Source: the human T2T-CHM13v2.0 reference genome, Homo sapiens
Direction: 5' to 3' (one strand)
NCBI RefSeq assembly: GCF_009914755.1
Contig: NC_060945.1
Length of the DNA: 64,000 nucleotides
The notes beneath the pieces were generated by a model. It saw only the letters and a list, made by a program, of their open reading frames with translations. It ran no database searches and was not told the origin of the DNA. The position numbers and the translations under genes are program-made. This document shows positions 17,743-31,079 of the stretch, in pieces (the first letter of the stretch is position 1; each line of letters begins with the position of its first letter).

Positions 17743-18440
17743 ATGGGGAAGAGCTGGACCCAATATCCAGAACCAAGTAAGCTTTTACTCACCATGTGGT
17801 TTTGTTTCTGAGTTTATGGTTTGACCAGATGCAGAAGAGTTTGTCCGGGACTTCTGAGGGGTGAAGAACTTGAAGGGAGAATAATATAACTTATTAGTCA
17901 AATAAATGAAAATATCATAATTGTGGATATGTTCTTGTGAGTGGGGGTAGCTCAGCAGTGTGTGTTCATCCCCAGAAAAGAGAAAATCTTGTCTGCTGTG
18001 GAAAGAAGACATAGTTTTTAACATATGTGGTTATTATTAACGACAACTGAGCCTGGGTACTGGATCATGTTATAATGCTAAAGGGAAGATTCAATAGAAG
18101 AAAGAATGTCATAGCAAAAACAAAAAAATTAAGCATCAAAGATTTAAATGAAATGACTTTGAATATTACTAGTAATGAACATGCCAAGAAAAATCAATTA
18201 CTATAACCAGAAGAATAATTCATGACTGCCCATGGGATTCATGCTGAGAAGATATACAATTTCCATTTAATTTCCATTTACTGAAAATTAAATTAAATTT
18301 AGTGAGGGCTCATCACTACCCTCATAAAATGGTTCAGAGAGTAAGCGAAGAATAGAGTGTGAGCTTACAGCAAGTGGAGACCATCTCTTCTCCTCCAATG
18401 TCCCACAGCTCCACAGCCCACCTGTCCAGGTTCTATCAAG
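17698..18440. repeat. 43-bp inverted repeat (arms 17698-17740 and 18398-18440, 41/43 identical, 657-bp spacer)
   Basis: Direct comparison; the peptide FLDRTWTGGL appears in ORFs on both strands. Confidence 0.92.
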
Positions 18441-18454
18441 GAATTTTAGCTCCT

Positions 18455-19580
18455 GCCCAGTAAAGGAAACAGTTGAGTGAGGAGAGAACCTGCAGATGAT
18501 AGACAATATCTGAAAACTGTTCATTTGACAAGGGATTACTATAAAGCATATAAAATTAACTGAACTGCAATTAATAATCTGAATAATAATGGGCAAATAA
18601 CATGAATGAACATCTGTCAAAGGAAGACGTGGAAAGGATCAATAGATAGATAGATGATAAGTATATATGCACACATATATTGCTAGACAGCACTAATATT
18701 CAGGAACATGCAAATTCACAATGAGATATCTTTTCATCCTTCATCTTTGCTGGAAAGTCTGTTAACAGAAAGCCAAAATAAGGAAAACAAAAGCTAGCAA
18801 GGCTGCATAGAAGGGGACACTCTTATTGACCACTGGTGGAAATGTAAATTAGTATAGCCATCATGGGAAAAAAATAGAACTGCCATATAATTCAGTGATC
18901 CAACTGCTGAGTATTTATCTATTTAAATAATTAAAAGAAAAAACTAAAATTGAAGAGATACCTGTACACCCATGTTTACTGCAGCACTAATTGCAATAGC
19001 TAAGCTATGAAATCAACATATGTGTCCATGAACAGATGAATGGATAAATAAAATGAGGTAAATTTACACAATGAAATATTATTCAGCCTTAAAAATGAAA
19101 TTCTGCCATTTGAAGCAACATGGTTGGAACTGGACACCCTTATGGTGAATGAAAGAAGACAGACTAGAAAAATAAATACCACATTTTCTCAATTTAATGT
19201 GGAAGTTTAAGAAAGTTGATCTTCTAGAAGTAAATAGTAGAGTAGTGGTTATGAGATGCTCCAAATGGGAGGAGACTGAGAGACAAGAAGAGGCTTGTTA
19301 ACAAATGCACAATTACAGGTAGACGGGAGGGATATGCTCTAGTGTTCTACAGCGCAGTAGGATGACTACAGCTAACAATATATTGTACGTTTACAAGTAG
19401 CCAGAAGAGAGCATTTTGTATGCTACCAACACAAATAAATGTTAATGTCTGAGCTGATGAATTTTCTCATTGTTCTGATTTGGTCAAACCACATGGCAGA
19501 GATGTATTGAAATATCACACTGTATCCCATAAATATAAACAATCATTATCTGCCAACCTAAAAAATCCTTTAATTAAAAA
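18455..19580 (+). mobile_element. L1MA-type 3' fragment
   Basis: Degenerate ORF2 end and 3' UTR (gcaacatggttggaactggac...acaattacaggtagacgggagg...aatatcacactgtatcccataaatata). Confidence 0.8.
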
Positions 19581-19879
19581 GGATTGTATTGCCATACATT
19601 ACAAGTGATTCAACACAGAGCCTGAAAAAAATACCATTTTTATTTGAAATAGTGAAATTCCTAACAACATAGTTACACTCATTTGCACCAAGCTGTGTAT
19701 TTGATCATGGTAAGCATAGACAGACTTATGCATAGAATAATATATTTTAATTATAGACTTCTACTTAATACTATAAATGCCAATACATTTAAAACAACTA
19801 AGCAAAAGGAATAAAGTTGATGAAATGTGTGTGGTGTGTGATGTGAGCAATTTTTCTTTAACCACGCTGTCCATGTTGG

Positions 19880-20480
19880 ATGTGTGGTGTGTGTCTGTAT
19901 CTGTGTTTACTCTGCTTGGGGTTCTCTGTGATTCTGGGATCTGTAGTTCAGTGTCTTTCACAAAATTGGGAACATTCTTAACCATTATTTTTTCAAATAC
20001 TTTCTCTGTATCTATAATTTCTACTTTTCAGAATTAAAGTATACATTTACTACACTTTTGATATTGTTTAGTTTCTTCACTCTTTTCCTTTGCAATTTAC
20101 TTGTTAAATTTCTAGTGACATTTTAAGTGCATGGTTTCATTTAAAAGCTGAGCCAGCTCTAATGAGCAGTGTGCCCAAAGATTGCTCAATGTTTATACTG
20201 CATTGCTTTTGATTTCTCATGCATTTCCATTTGATTACTTCTTAGTATTTTCATCTCTCAGTCCCCTATCTAGTCCTGCATTATGTCCACAGTTTCTTCA
20301 AGAGATTTTTACATATGAATTATAGTTACATTATATATCTTATTTAATTAGTTATAATACCTGTATCTTTTATAAATCCCTTTCTGATTATTTCTTTATT
20401 GTGACTTTGGTATTTCTCATTAATATATGTAATAATCATTGTTGATAACCAGACATGTTGGGTTTGACAGTTGATACTGG
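19880..20480 (-). mobile_element. Old L1M fragment (ORF1 region)
   Basis: Minus-strand translation NVPNFVKDTELQIPESQRTPSRVN is ORF1p-like. Confidence 0.6.
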
Positions 20481-21037
20481 CTTATTTCATTTTATCCATT
20501 TTCTGCCTGTATTTGACCACACTTTATCTTTGCCAGGCAATTATTGTGGAAATGTCCGTGAATCTTCTCACAGCTACATTTGACATTTACTTTTGCAGTG
20601 GACATCAGAGTTGAAGTCTGTTCTGTGTCCACCAGAGACTTCAGATGCTCCAGTGATACCTTGTTTTTCTTTCCTGCTTGGCTTTGTCTCATCACCTGTT
20701 CCCTCCTCCAGAGAATCTCTTTCAGCTCCTTCAGGTGGGTTAAAATGTTATATTTAACTGACAATAGTGAAATTGGTTGAAGGCAATAGAATAAAGGGAG
20801 ATTTTGCGACTTTTCCTGGGTCCATATTGTGATCCTGAGTCTGGGTGTGAGCTTTCCAGTGTTTCTGAACTTCCTCCAGATGAGATGTTGGTCTGCGTGT
20901 TCTTGCTCTTTTCCTGGGTAGAGTCCTCTTGTTTTCCCCAGTTGTTCCCTCCCACAGCTCCAGTGTTCTCTTTTGGTGTTATCACCTTCCAGATTTGATG
21001 ACCTGAGGTTCAAATTAAGGCTCTGATTAAATAAGAA

Positions 21038-21414
21038 GGCAGCAAAGGCCGGGCAAAAAGCCGCCGCAACAAAAAGCTGCGCTGACAGGCGGAAAAAGCC
21101 GTGGCGGCGGAGCCAAAAAGCCGGGGCGGCAAAAAGCCACGGTGGCGGGCGCAAACAGCCGCAAAAAGCCGCGGTGGTGGGGGCAAAATCAGTGGGAGCA
21201 GGGGCAAAAAAACACAAAAAGCCGCGGCGGCGGGGGCAAAAAGCCAAAGCGGCGGGGGCAAAAAGCCGCGGCGGGCAAATAACCGCGGCACCGGAGGGGG
21301 GCAAAAAGCCGCAGCAGGCGGCAAAAACCCGTGGCGGGCATAAACCTGAGGCGGCGGGGGAGCAAAAAGCCGCGGCGCCGGGGGGGCAAAAAGCCGCCGC
21401 GACGGAGGGCAAAA
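21038..21414 (+). repeat. GC-rich CAAAAAG (GCTTTTTGC) pericentromeric repeat array 1
   Basis: About 20 degenerate GGCAAAAAGCCGCGGCGGCGG(G) units; CpG-rich; very few T on the + strand. Confidence 0.95.
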
Positions 21415-23879
21415 TAGTGGAGATGGGGTAGAAGTCCGGCACAGCTTGGCTTTGCTGGAGTGTGATGTGATAGGAAATGTGCAGCCAAAGACAAAAGAAG
21501 ATGTAAGTAGGCTTGACTCATTGCAGCTAAGAACCCAGATGTTACCTTGAGGGTATTAACTAATAAGCAGTTTAAATCAGAATGGCACATTCTGATTTGT
21601 TTTTTGTATGTTCACATTTGGCAGGCATAGATACTGTTTGAAAAGAGAAAAGTCAGTACATAGAGGTAACAAGCTTAAATATGTGCCAAGTCTAGAAACA
21701 AGAGACTAGGGGGATAAGGACCTTTCGAAATAAAATGCAAGATTTGAAAACTGATTGGCTGGGGGATGAGGCAAAGGCAGGTCTTTAAGGTCAATCCCTG
21801 TTTTGCTTTAAGTTGTTAGCGGGTGGTTTTATCATATATTGTAGAATATGTCATTTCAGTTTTGAACATCTTGAGTTAAATTGTCCTAACATATCTTACG
21901 AATTTGATTTTCTTCCCTGGGAAGCTAATATTTCAAAAACTTAAAGAGTATAGATTTCCAACTGGTATCCAATTTATAAAACTATCTCTAGGCTGCTGAT
22001 TTCAGGAGGAGGCTCATGAATATTCTCTTTGCAGAGAATATATCAGGAGTTAACATCAGCTTCAATATTTGTGGACGACCAGTTAACTAAGCCACCTCTT
22101 AGTGTATTTAGATGGGAAATCTTAGCTGAAGATATTCAATAATGAACCAACAGTGACTAAAAAATTCAATATTGAAGTATATTTCCTTGTAATTAATTTG
22201 AATTGAAGTAGCCATATACAGCTAGTATTTACTACATTGAACAATGCAAATACGAGGAAAAAATTAATAACCATCTCTAATACCACATGCCAAAATCCTC
22301 ATCAATTTGTTCTAGCTAAAGGAGTTTATCAGAAGCAGCAGTTGAAAGCACCAACTAAACCAGCTGGGGTTAGTTCACTGTCATTCTCTCAGAACCATCT
22401 CTTCTCTGAACAAAACAAGTACAAGAGTTCATCGTGAATCTGCATTCTCCTTGCCTATTTTAAGGTTTTGATGTTGACACTAATTTGTGAAATCCCTCCT
22501 GTGGTGTGATATTTCGTTTTCCTTGCTTTCTGTTAGGACAAGAATGCTTCAGCTCTTAATTTAAAATTATGTTTCTCCCTCCTAGGTTGAGTGAACTTAG
22601 AATGCATTCTCTGACATATCCAAGTTTTTGTTCATATGAATTTGGGGAAAAAAGCATACTTAATTAGCTAAGACTTCTTATTCTAGGCTTGACCCTGTGT
22701 TCAACATCTATTGAATTTGTAGTTGCATGGGCTGCTCTCTGACACTGCTTAGTGACCTGGAAGCTATATTAACGTTAGGGGAGGTGGTGTATGAGCATTA
22801 GAGGTATCATTGCAAGGAAAGACTTGTCTTATCTCAATTTGTCTTTTTTTTGCACACAAGAAAGTCAGTGTTTGAGTCTTCTAAAATCTTCCTATTTCCA
22901 AGTTGCAGAGTACCACTGATTCCTAAACAAAGTTCTAATTTTTGACTCAGAGACGTGGCAAGGTAGTGAATCACCATTATAATTTAACAATCTTCAAGAT
23001 AAAATTATCTCTCTGATATTTAGATTTTGCCCAATTATTAAGATATTTGGGTGTTTCGTTAAGAATGGAAGACTCTAGTCTCTTCAGCAGAGACTACAAA
23101 GGCCTCAGATGATCATTTATAATTTTATGCTCTTTTCTTTAACACCTTCAACACAGTTGGAAGCAGCCAGAGTTGTTGTGTTTTTGAAACCAAATGCATG
23201 GTTCAGTGGTAGAAAACTGGGCTGATCCAAGCTGTTTTCAGTGAACACTTCATTTCAGGTGACCTATTTCATATTAAATAATCTCTAGATCCTGTCTTCG
23301 AAACTAACTAGATCAGATAACCTACCCTGGATTTTCTCCTTTTAGGGTCTGTGAGCTGCAGTCACTTTTGTGAAAATGATTGCAATGACAAGATAGAGTT
23401 GTAGATGGAGAAAATGTTTTGACTAATTTACGCATAGTGGTATTTCATATGAGAATTTAAGTTACACACATTTGAAAATTATAATGGAGTCTCTTGGCTG
23501 AGCTTTAAAAAAAAATAGCATTTAGGCTAAAAAGGGAATTGTTCCTCTCCTAAAATCAGAAAGATGTTACAGTAATTCTCCATTCTCTAGAATTATCAGG
23601 AAGCACCTTTGTGATGATTTACTTCTGTTCTTGGGAGTGTGAGCCCGTGTAGTCTTGGAACCATCAATTAGAATGATGGCTTTCTGATCCCAAAGTCATT
23701 CGTTCTGAAAACAATATTTTTCATAAATTTGAAAATGAGAAGTTTTGATCTTGCCATTCCCAAGTAACTCTCTTAATAAGAGGCATCAGCATGCTTCAGT
23801 GACAGCTGTCACCTTCCAGTGCTGAGAGTCATATTTGAGTTCTCCATTTCACTCCCTACACTCCAATTTAGCTGCAGTT

Positions 23880-24590
23880 CTCTTGGCCAGTCCTATGAAA
23901 TACATCCATGGCCTAACGACTTCTCACCACTAATACCACTCATCCTCACAGCATTCTCACCTAAGTCACTACCTGTTTTCTCTGGATTACGGTAGCCTCC
24001 CAATTTATTTGCTCACATAACCTATTTATTCTACACAGTGCACCAGATACACCCCTTTGAAATGCAAACACAATCATGTTATTCTCTGGTGAAATTATCT
24101 CATATATTCCTATCGCATTTAAAATTAATTCAGAATCATCCCATGATTATCAAAACCCTACATGCTCTTCCACAGCATGGTTTACTTCCAAGATATCTCT
24201 TCAACTTTTTTTTCACTGTAGTGAATTGGTGACTAATAGTCATATTTTTGTTTTTGCTCAAAAAGTCTTGAATTGTAAATTTTTCAGATTCTCCTTTATC
24301 CACAGGTAACTCTTTCCTCATAAGGCGAATTGCTTGCTTCCTTGAGTTCTGCTCTCAAAGATACCCTTCATTTTCTACCTAATATTAATAACTTTAATCA
24401 TTCATTATTCCATTACTATGCTCTACAGTGTATACAATTTCTGTTGTTTGTCATGTTATTAACTAAATTATTTGTTCCAGTAAAGTATTCCATAAATATT
24501 GTACACATAAAAATTATGTTATTTTTATTGCTGTATGCTCAGCTGCCCAATAACAGTCTGAGGATTAACATATTTGTTAAATGCACAAAT
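23880..24590 (+). mobile_element. L2 3' fragment
   Basis: Degenerate L2-like 3' sequence ending ...acatatttgttaaatgcacaaat. Confidence 0.55.
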
Positions 24591-24919
24591 ACATTCTTTC
24601 ACAAATATTAGTTTAATAATTTTATATTAAACTCCCTCTATATTTACAATATGAATTAGATAATTCAGAATAAACATTCCAGTGAAAAAAACTAAACAAT
24701 TTGTTATAAAACATCCTTAAAAGCATCAGAAAGTTAATAGAGCAATGAAGAATTACAGGACCAAATTAAGAATGGTATGGAAGCCTGTTTGTGAGGCTTA
24801 TGTTTGGGGTTATCTCTTTACTTAGAGTGACTGTAAATCTCGAAAGAGGATTAAAGGGAGAAATAACCATATCAACTCACATGGTAAGGGTATTTAAACA
24901 TCTCTTAGTAATTGAGAAA

Positions 24920-25065
24920 ATTGAAAGAAAAGAAAAAAGAGAAAGGGAGAAAGAGAAACAGAGTGAAAGGGATAATGAAGGAGAGAAAGAAGAAGAGAAA
25001 GGAAGAGGAAGAAAAGTAAAAAGGAGGAGGAGGGAGAGGGAGGAAGAAAGGTGGAAAGAAAGAAT
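24920..25065. repeat. GA-rich low-complexity tract
   Basis: Near-pure purine run. Confidence 0.9.
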
Positions 25066-25084
25066 GCTAAAGTTTTCAACAACA

Positions 25085-26660
25085 TAATTTATCCTTCTAG
25101 AATATGAATGTTGGTCTATTTGATGATGTCCCACAGATTCCTTAGTCTCTGCTCATTTTTTATCTGTTTCTCAGAGTATTTTCCATTTTCTTATCTTCAA
25201 GCTCATGACTTCTTCTGTGTGTGCAAATATACTCTTAAATCCCTCTGGTGATTTTTAAATTTTTATTGTTGTAGTTTTCCACTCCAGAATTTCTTCTATC
25301 TCTGTTGATATTCCTACTTTTTAATATTTTTTCTGATTCCTTGATTTCTTTGTTTGTGTTTTCCTTTTAACATTTGAGTATAATTAAGAGAGCTGTTTTA
25401 AAGTCTTTGTCTAGTAAGTTTGAAGTCTGGGTTTCCTTAGAGATATTTTCTGTCAGTTTGTTTTGTTCCTTTGAATGAGTCACACTTTCCCATTCTTTGT
25501 ATGCCTTGTAACTTTTTTTGAAAACTGGACATTATAATAATTATAATTACCATGTGGTTACTCTGTAAATCAGACCCCCATCCCCACTACAAACACAGTA
25601 ATGTTTTGTGGTTTTAAATCTTCTTTACTTATTATATTGTTAAGGATTTTTTTTTAGTGAAATTTTCCAAAGTGATTTACAAAACTGTTTGCTTTATAAG
25701 GTGTGGTCACCGAAGTCTTTTTGTTTCCTTAACAAATGTTAAGCTAATGTTTTGACAGTGATTTTCTTGTATGTCAGGAACTAAGCAAACCGGCAAATAC
25801 AACAAAAACAAAAAGAAAAACAAGTAATCATTGTCCAGCAAAATATGTCTCTAGGCCATGCAGACTGGCTTTGTACTCGGTTCTTTAAAGCCGGCACAAA
25901 GTGTGTGTTCACTCTTGCACTGAGTGAAGTTCAAGTTCACTCTTGCACAGAGCTTGCACTGAGGGGAGGGATCGGCCAAGGTAAAAGTGTAGGGTCTTCT
26001 TATGACATTTGTCAGCATGTGGCTTAACCTATGCATACATGTGACTTTCTAGACCCTCCCATGTACGTGAATGATTTTGAATGTCTTAGTTTTCCAAATA
26101 CTCTTCTCCAACTTTTCTTCCTGTGCTCAAGGTGATCTACTATATGTGTAAACTCTAATTTTTGCCCTAAGCATCTGTGGCTTGTTAGGTCTCCTTGCAG
26201 AGTTTCTTGATAATGTCCATTCCTTATCTGTTCTGTATTCTAGCAACACAGAAAAAAAAAAGTCTTTCATGAGTCCTTTAGGTATCCCCCAGACCAGTCA
26301 GAACAGACACATAGTAATTTGAGGGTAAGATCTTCTCTTGTTCCTTTGGACCATGGACTAGGGTTCCTCACTGGGAACGTGGGCTTCTGATACTTCAAAA
26401 CTGCCAATTTGATGCTGCAAAGGCAAGTTAAAAATGTCATAAAGTTTTCCAGTTGTCTTTCTCTTGAGTCTGCTTTCACTTGGTTGTTGTAATCTTTTGA
26501 CCATTTTCCAGAGTTTTGGCAAAGTTTATTCGGACAGTTTCTCTTAGTTGTGTGATGTTTCTGTGGGGAAATGACAGATTGCAGCTGTCTCCACTGCCAT
26601 TTTGCTGATGCTCCTCTTTTGTCAATTTTTGCTTCATGTTATTGTGCTTTGTTATTAGTT
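25085..26660 (-). mobile_element. Old L1M fragments
   Basis: Degenerate antisense L1 ORF1/5' motifs (gatgtcccacagattcc; gttttaaagtctttgtctagtaag). Confidence 0.5.
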
Positions 26661-26662
26661 CA

Positions 26663-27088
26663 TGTATTAGTTTCCTAGGGCTGCCATAACCAACTAACAC
26701 AAACTGGGTGCCTTGAACAACATACATTTATAGTCTTATAGTCCTGGAAGCTAAAAGTCTGAGATTGAGGTGTCAGCAGGGATGGTCCCTTCAAGGGCTA
26801 TGAGAGAAAGTCTCTTCTGTGCCTTGTTTCTCGCTTCTGGTGGTTTAGTGGCAGTCTTTGGCCTTCCTTGGCTATTCTCTGCCCTCATAATCACATGGTA
26901 CTCTCCCTATGTGTATGTCTCCCTCTACTCAAATTTTTTCTTTTTATAAGGACATCAGTCATATTGAATTCAGGCTCATCTGATTTTATCTTAACTTAAT
27001 CACCTGCAAAGAACCTATTTTCTAATGAGGTCATATTCAGTGGTTAAGATTTCAGCATCTATATAGAGGAAACAATTTAGCTCATATC
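26663..27088 (-). mobile_element. MLT1 (MaLR) LTR, MLT1B/C-like
   Basis: tgtattagtttcctagggctgccataac...gtctgagattgaggtgtcagcaggg...tataaggacatcagtcatattg. Confidence 0.85.
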
Positions 27089-27904
27089 TGTGCATACATG
27101 ACTGTAATAGCTATGACCAAAAAGCGGGAAAAGCTATGACCAAAAGCGTTGACCTCCTTATTACTACAATATAAATGTTTAAAATCCTATTCACATTTTT
27201 AATAGTCTATATCGTGTGTTATGAGTATAATGAGTTCAGTGTTCTTATGATTGCTCTTTGCATGATATTTTTTGTCATCTTTGTACTTTCAATCCATTGG
27301 TATCCTTGCATCTCCGGGTATATTGGGATCACTTGTTTTAATCCAGTCTGACAATCTCTGCCTCTTGAAGGGATTTTAATCTGCTCACATTTAATATTAT
27401 AATTGGTATAATTCTATTTATGTCTGCCATTTTACTGTTTGTTTTGTATATTTCTCAAATATTTTTCTTTATTCCTTTATTTTGCAATGAATGAATATTT
27501 TCTAAAATAGGGAACTCTAGATTACTAATGAATTATTTTACTATATATTTTTGAGAATTTTTGTTGTTGTTGTAAGTTTACCATATAGGTATATGGAAAA
27601 TTATTTATTCAAATCATCTTCCAATTTATACTAGTAAACTTTTAGTAATACATAGAAACATCATTCTTATACAAATCTCTTTTATTTCCTCCATTTTAAA
27701 GTATTATCACTTTACACGTTACATCTATTAAAGTTACAAAGCCAACAATATATTTTAGTAATTATTGCTTTACCATCTAGAGTGATTACCTTATCACAAT
27801 ACATTTTTCTTCCAACTACCTCCTTGTTGATGTTACTGGAAAATATGTTATAGACGTATTACATTTCTACATGTCAAATACTCAGCAATACATTATGCAC
27901 ATAT

Positions 27905-28197
27905 TATTATTATCATTGAGACGGAGTCTCCCTCTGTCACCCAGGCTGGAGTGCAGTGGCACAATCTCCGCTCACTGCAAGCTCCATCTCCCGGCTTCAT
28001 GCATTCTTCAGCTTCAGCCTCCCGAGTAGCTGGGACTACAGGCGCCTGCCATCACGCCTGGCTAATTTTTTGTATTTTTAGTAGAGACGGGGTTTCACTG
28101 TGTTAGCCAGGATGGTCTCTATCTCCTGGCCTCATAATACGCCCGCCTCGGCCTCCCGAAATGTTGAGTTTACAGGCGTGAGCCATAGTGCCCGGCC
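27905..28197 (-). mobile_element. AluY-like
   Basis: Diagnostic tgcaagctcc and ttcactgtgttagccaggatggtctc. Confidence 0.93.
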
Positions 28198-28599
28198 GTT
28201 ATATGCATATTATTTTATAAACAATTTATGATAAAGAGAAAATATGCATTTCTACTGTTTTTATAATGTTAATATTACCTATACCAGTGCTTTTTTAAAA
28301 ATGTGGATTCAAATGACTGGCTTGTGTAACTTGCTTTTAGCCTTAGGAATTTATTTTAGTGTTTTGTTTTGTTTTTTTTTTGTTTTTTTTTTGTATGGTA
28401 GGTCTGCCAGCAACAACTTCAGTTAATATTTTGGTTTATCTGTGTAAGTCTTTCTGTTATCTTCATTTTTGAAAAATAATTGCTCAATAAGGAATTGGTG
28501 GCTGACAGTTTTTTTCTTTGCATCTTTTGAATATATTATTCTACTGCCTCTTGCCTTCCATTGTTTCTGTTAAGTCAGCTGTTAATCTTAGAAAACCTA

Positions 28600-29040
28600 G
28601 GTGCTCAAAAAATAAACATATGCATGAATATTTATAGCAGTAATATTCTTACAGTCAAAAAGTGGAAACAATCCATATGCTTGTTGACTCATAAATGGAC
28701 ACCCAATTTCCAGCTATAACAAAGAATGAAGTACTTATACATGGTATAATATGGGTGAAATTTGAAAGCATTACGTTAAGTGCACAAAAGGATAAATATT
28801 ACTTGATTTTATTCACATGAAACATCAGGAATTGGCAAATCAACTGGGATATAAATCAGATTAGTGGTCATTAGGGCTCAGGGAAGCAGAATAGGGTGTA
28901 ACAACTTCATGCATAATTGGGTTTTTAGAAGGGACATGATGAAATTGTCCTGGAACATTGTGAATATACTAAAAGCAACTGCGTTGTATGCTTTAAAATT
29001 CTTAAGTTATTAATTTTATATTATGTGATTTTTACCTTAA
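28600..29040 (+). mobile_element. Old L1 (L1MB/ME-like) 3' end
   Basis: gaatatttatagcagtaatattc...aaaagtggaaacaatcc...aagaatgaagtacttatacatg. Confidence 0.6.
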
Positions 29041-29877
29041 AAAAATAGAAAATAGCCTTACTCTATATACAATAAACTCAAGATGTGTTACAAATTTATA
29101 TGTGAAATCCAAAATACTATAATAGTTAAGGAATAGCTGAGTAGAATAACACTAAAATTTAACATAATGAAATATTTCCTTAAAGAAGAAAAAAGCACAG
29201 TAATTAAAAAGGGAAATATAGTTAATATTTTTTCTCTCTATTAAGCATGCCATTAACTGAGTAAAAAATCAAGCTGCAATTATGTAAACTACATTTTCTA
29301 AAACCATAAAGAAAATAAGGAATGAAAAGGGATTTGGGAAAAAAATCCAAAGGTACAGTCAACTACACAAAAAAAGCTTAGTCTCATTAATCATTATGAA
29401 AACGCAAATTGTAACTGAAAGAAGATAAAACTACAATTCAAAGAGAAAGCCTAAAATTTCAACCCCCCAAAAAGTCTGGGTTTTGGAGATCTGGGATGGA
29501 ATAGGTTTCCTAACCTGACAACAATGAAAGAACCAAACTAACTTCAAAGTCATGACTTTATTTTTATAGCAACCAGGTTGCCAAGAACTGAGTCAAAATG
29601 TGAGGGAAAACAAGCACCTGCAAGGAGAAAGAGGACAGATGCACTTACATAGGACAGATGCAAATAGACACCATTATGACAAGTAAAGCTGGAATAATCA
29701 ATAAATTCCTAAAGACAAAGTGGGGCTGGTGAGATTGGGAGAACGCTGACAGCTGCAGAAGTTGGGAAAGATCCATCATCTTGAAAACTTTTTCCCCACA
29801 AACCCACTGCGATCTCTCAAGCAATTGGTGAGGAATCCAAGAGAGTCTGTATATGACACAGATCAGGGAGAGCAGAA

Positions 29878-30160
29878 CACTTGGGAGGTGACCAGGTCTT
29901 GGGGGCCGAGCCCTTATGAATGGGATTAGTGCCTTTATAAAAGAAGCTCAATGGAGTTATTGTGTGCCTTCCACTGTGTGAGCACATAGAAAGAAGGCAC
30001 CATCTATGAACCATGAAATGGGCTCTCATCAACACTGAATTTGTGAGCATCTTGACCTGAGATCTTACAGCCTCAAGAAGTGTGAAAAGAGAAATATCTG
30101 TTGTTTTTTAGTCACCCAGTATATGTTATTTTGTTATAAGAGTCCAAATAGACCAAGATA
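29878..30160 (+). mobile_element. MLT1A-like LTR fragment
   Basis: gcccttatgaatgggattagtgcc...cagcctcaagaagtgtga...ttttgttataagagtccaaatagaccaagata. Confidence 0.8.
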
Positions 30161-31079
30161 TTCCACTTAATATGCAGGGGAAGGCAACAAAAACTGCCAC
30201 ACTTAGAATACTCCTGATGCTGGGAGTATGAAAACAGGAAAAACAAAACAAAACTGCTCTTGAAGGTGAAGGAGGAATATCACTGAGCTCACTAACACAG
30301 CCAGGAAAAGAACAGAAGTGTGAGAAGGCTACATTCCTGAGACCCTGAGAAAAAGTACCTGCATGAGACTGAGATGAAATTACCTACTCTAGTTATGACT
30401 GAAATCCCAAAAAGAAAAGAGGGAAAAATAATGGAGCAAAAGAAATATTTTTCAAAATAACTGCCAAAAATATTCTAAAAGAAGTGACAGAAAATGGAAC
30501 TTCAGATATAGGAGACTCAGAGAATGTCAAATAGAACAAAAATAAATAAGAATTAAATCTTGAAAAATCTTTTAAAAATCAACTCTAAATTTTATATCTT
30601 GCTCCAAATATATAGAGATATAAATAGGTTATCATCAAGATATGGAGAAAGCCATATCATGGAAACAATAAAATAAAGCTGTTGAAGGACTACATAGATA
30701 TTAGACACAACAGAGTTCAGAACAAGAAATAGTATCAGAGATGAGAGGTAATAGATAATATAATAATCAATTCTCAAGAAGATGTAAGCATCCTCCTAAT
30801 TAGGTTATGCAGCTAACAACAGAACCTCCAAATACATGAGGTAAAACATGAAAGAAATCAAAGGTGAACTAGAAAAATCCAAAATTATATTTGCAGACTT
30901 CAACACTTTTGTCTTAGTAATGGATAGACTAGGCACAAACTCAGTAGTCATATGGAAGATAAGAACAACAATATCACCAACAAGACATCCAATCTGCAAT
31001 GGCAGATACTCTTTCTTTTCAAGTGAAAAAAAAAACATTATGGCATATTCTCTAACAAACCCAGAATTTCTAATATTTG

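Noticed and set aside
20492-21590. 316-aa and overlapping Ala/Pro/Phe-rich ORFs
   Set aside because: Artefacts of the stop-poor CAAAAAG array; the same applies to ORFs at 31815-32202.
25907-25962. Short direct repeat (gttcactcttgcac x2) with a 7-bp hairpin
   Set aside because: Small slippage-type feature within old L1 sequence; no evidence of function.
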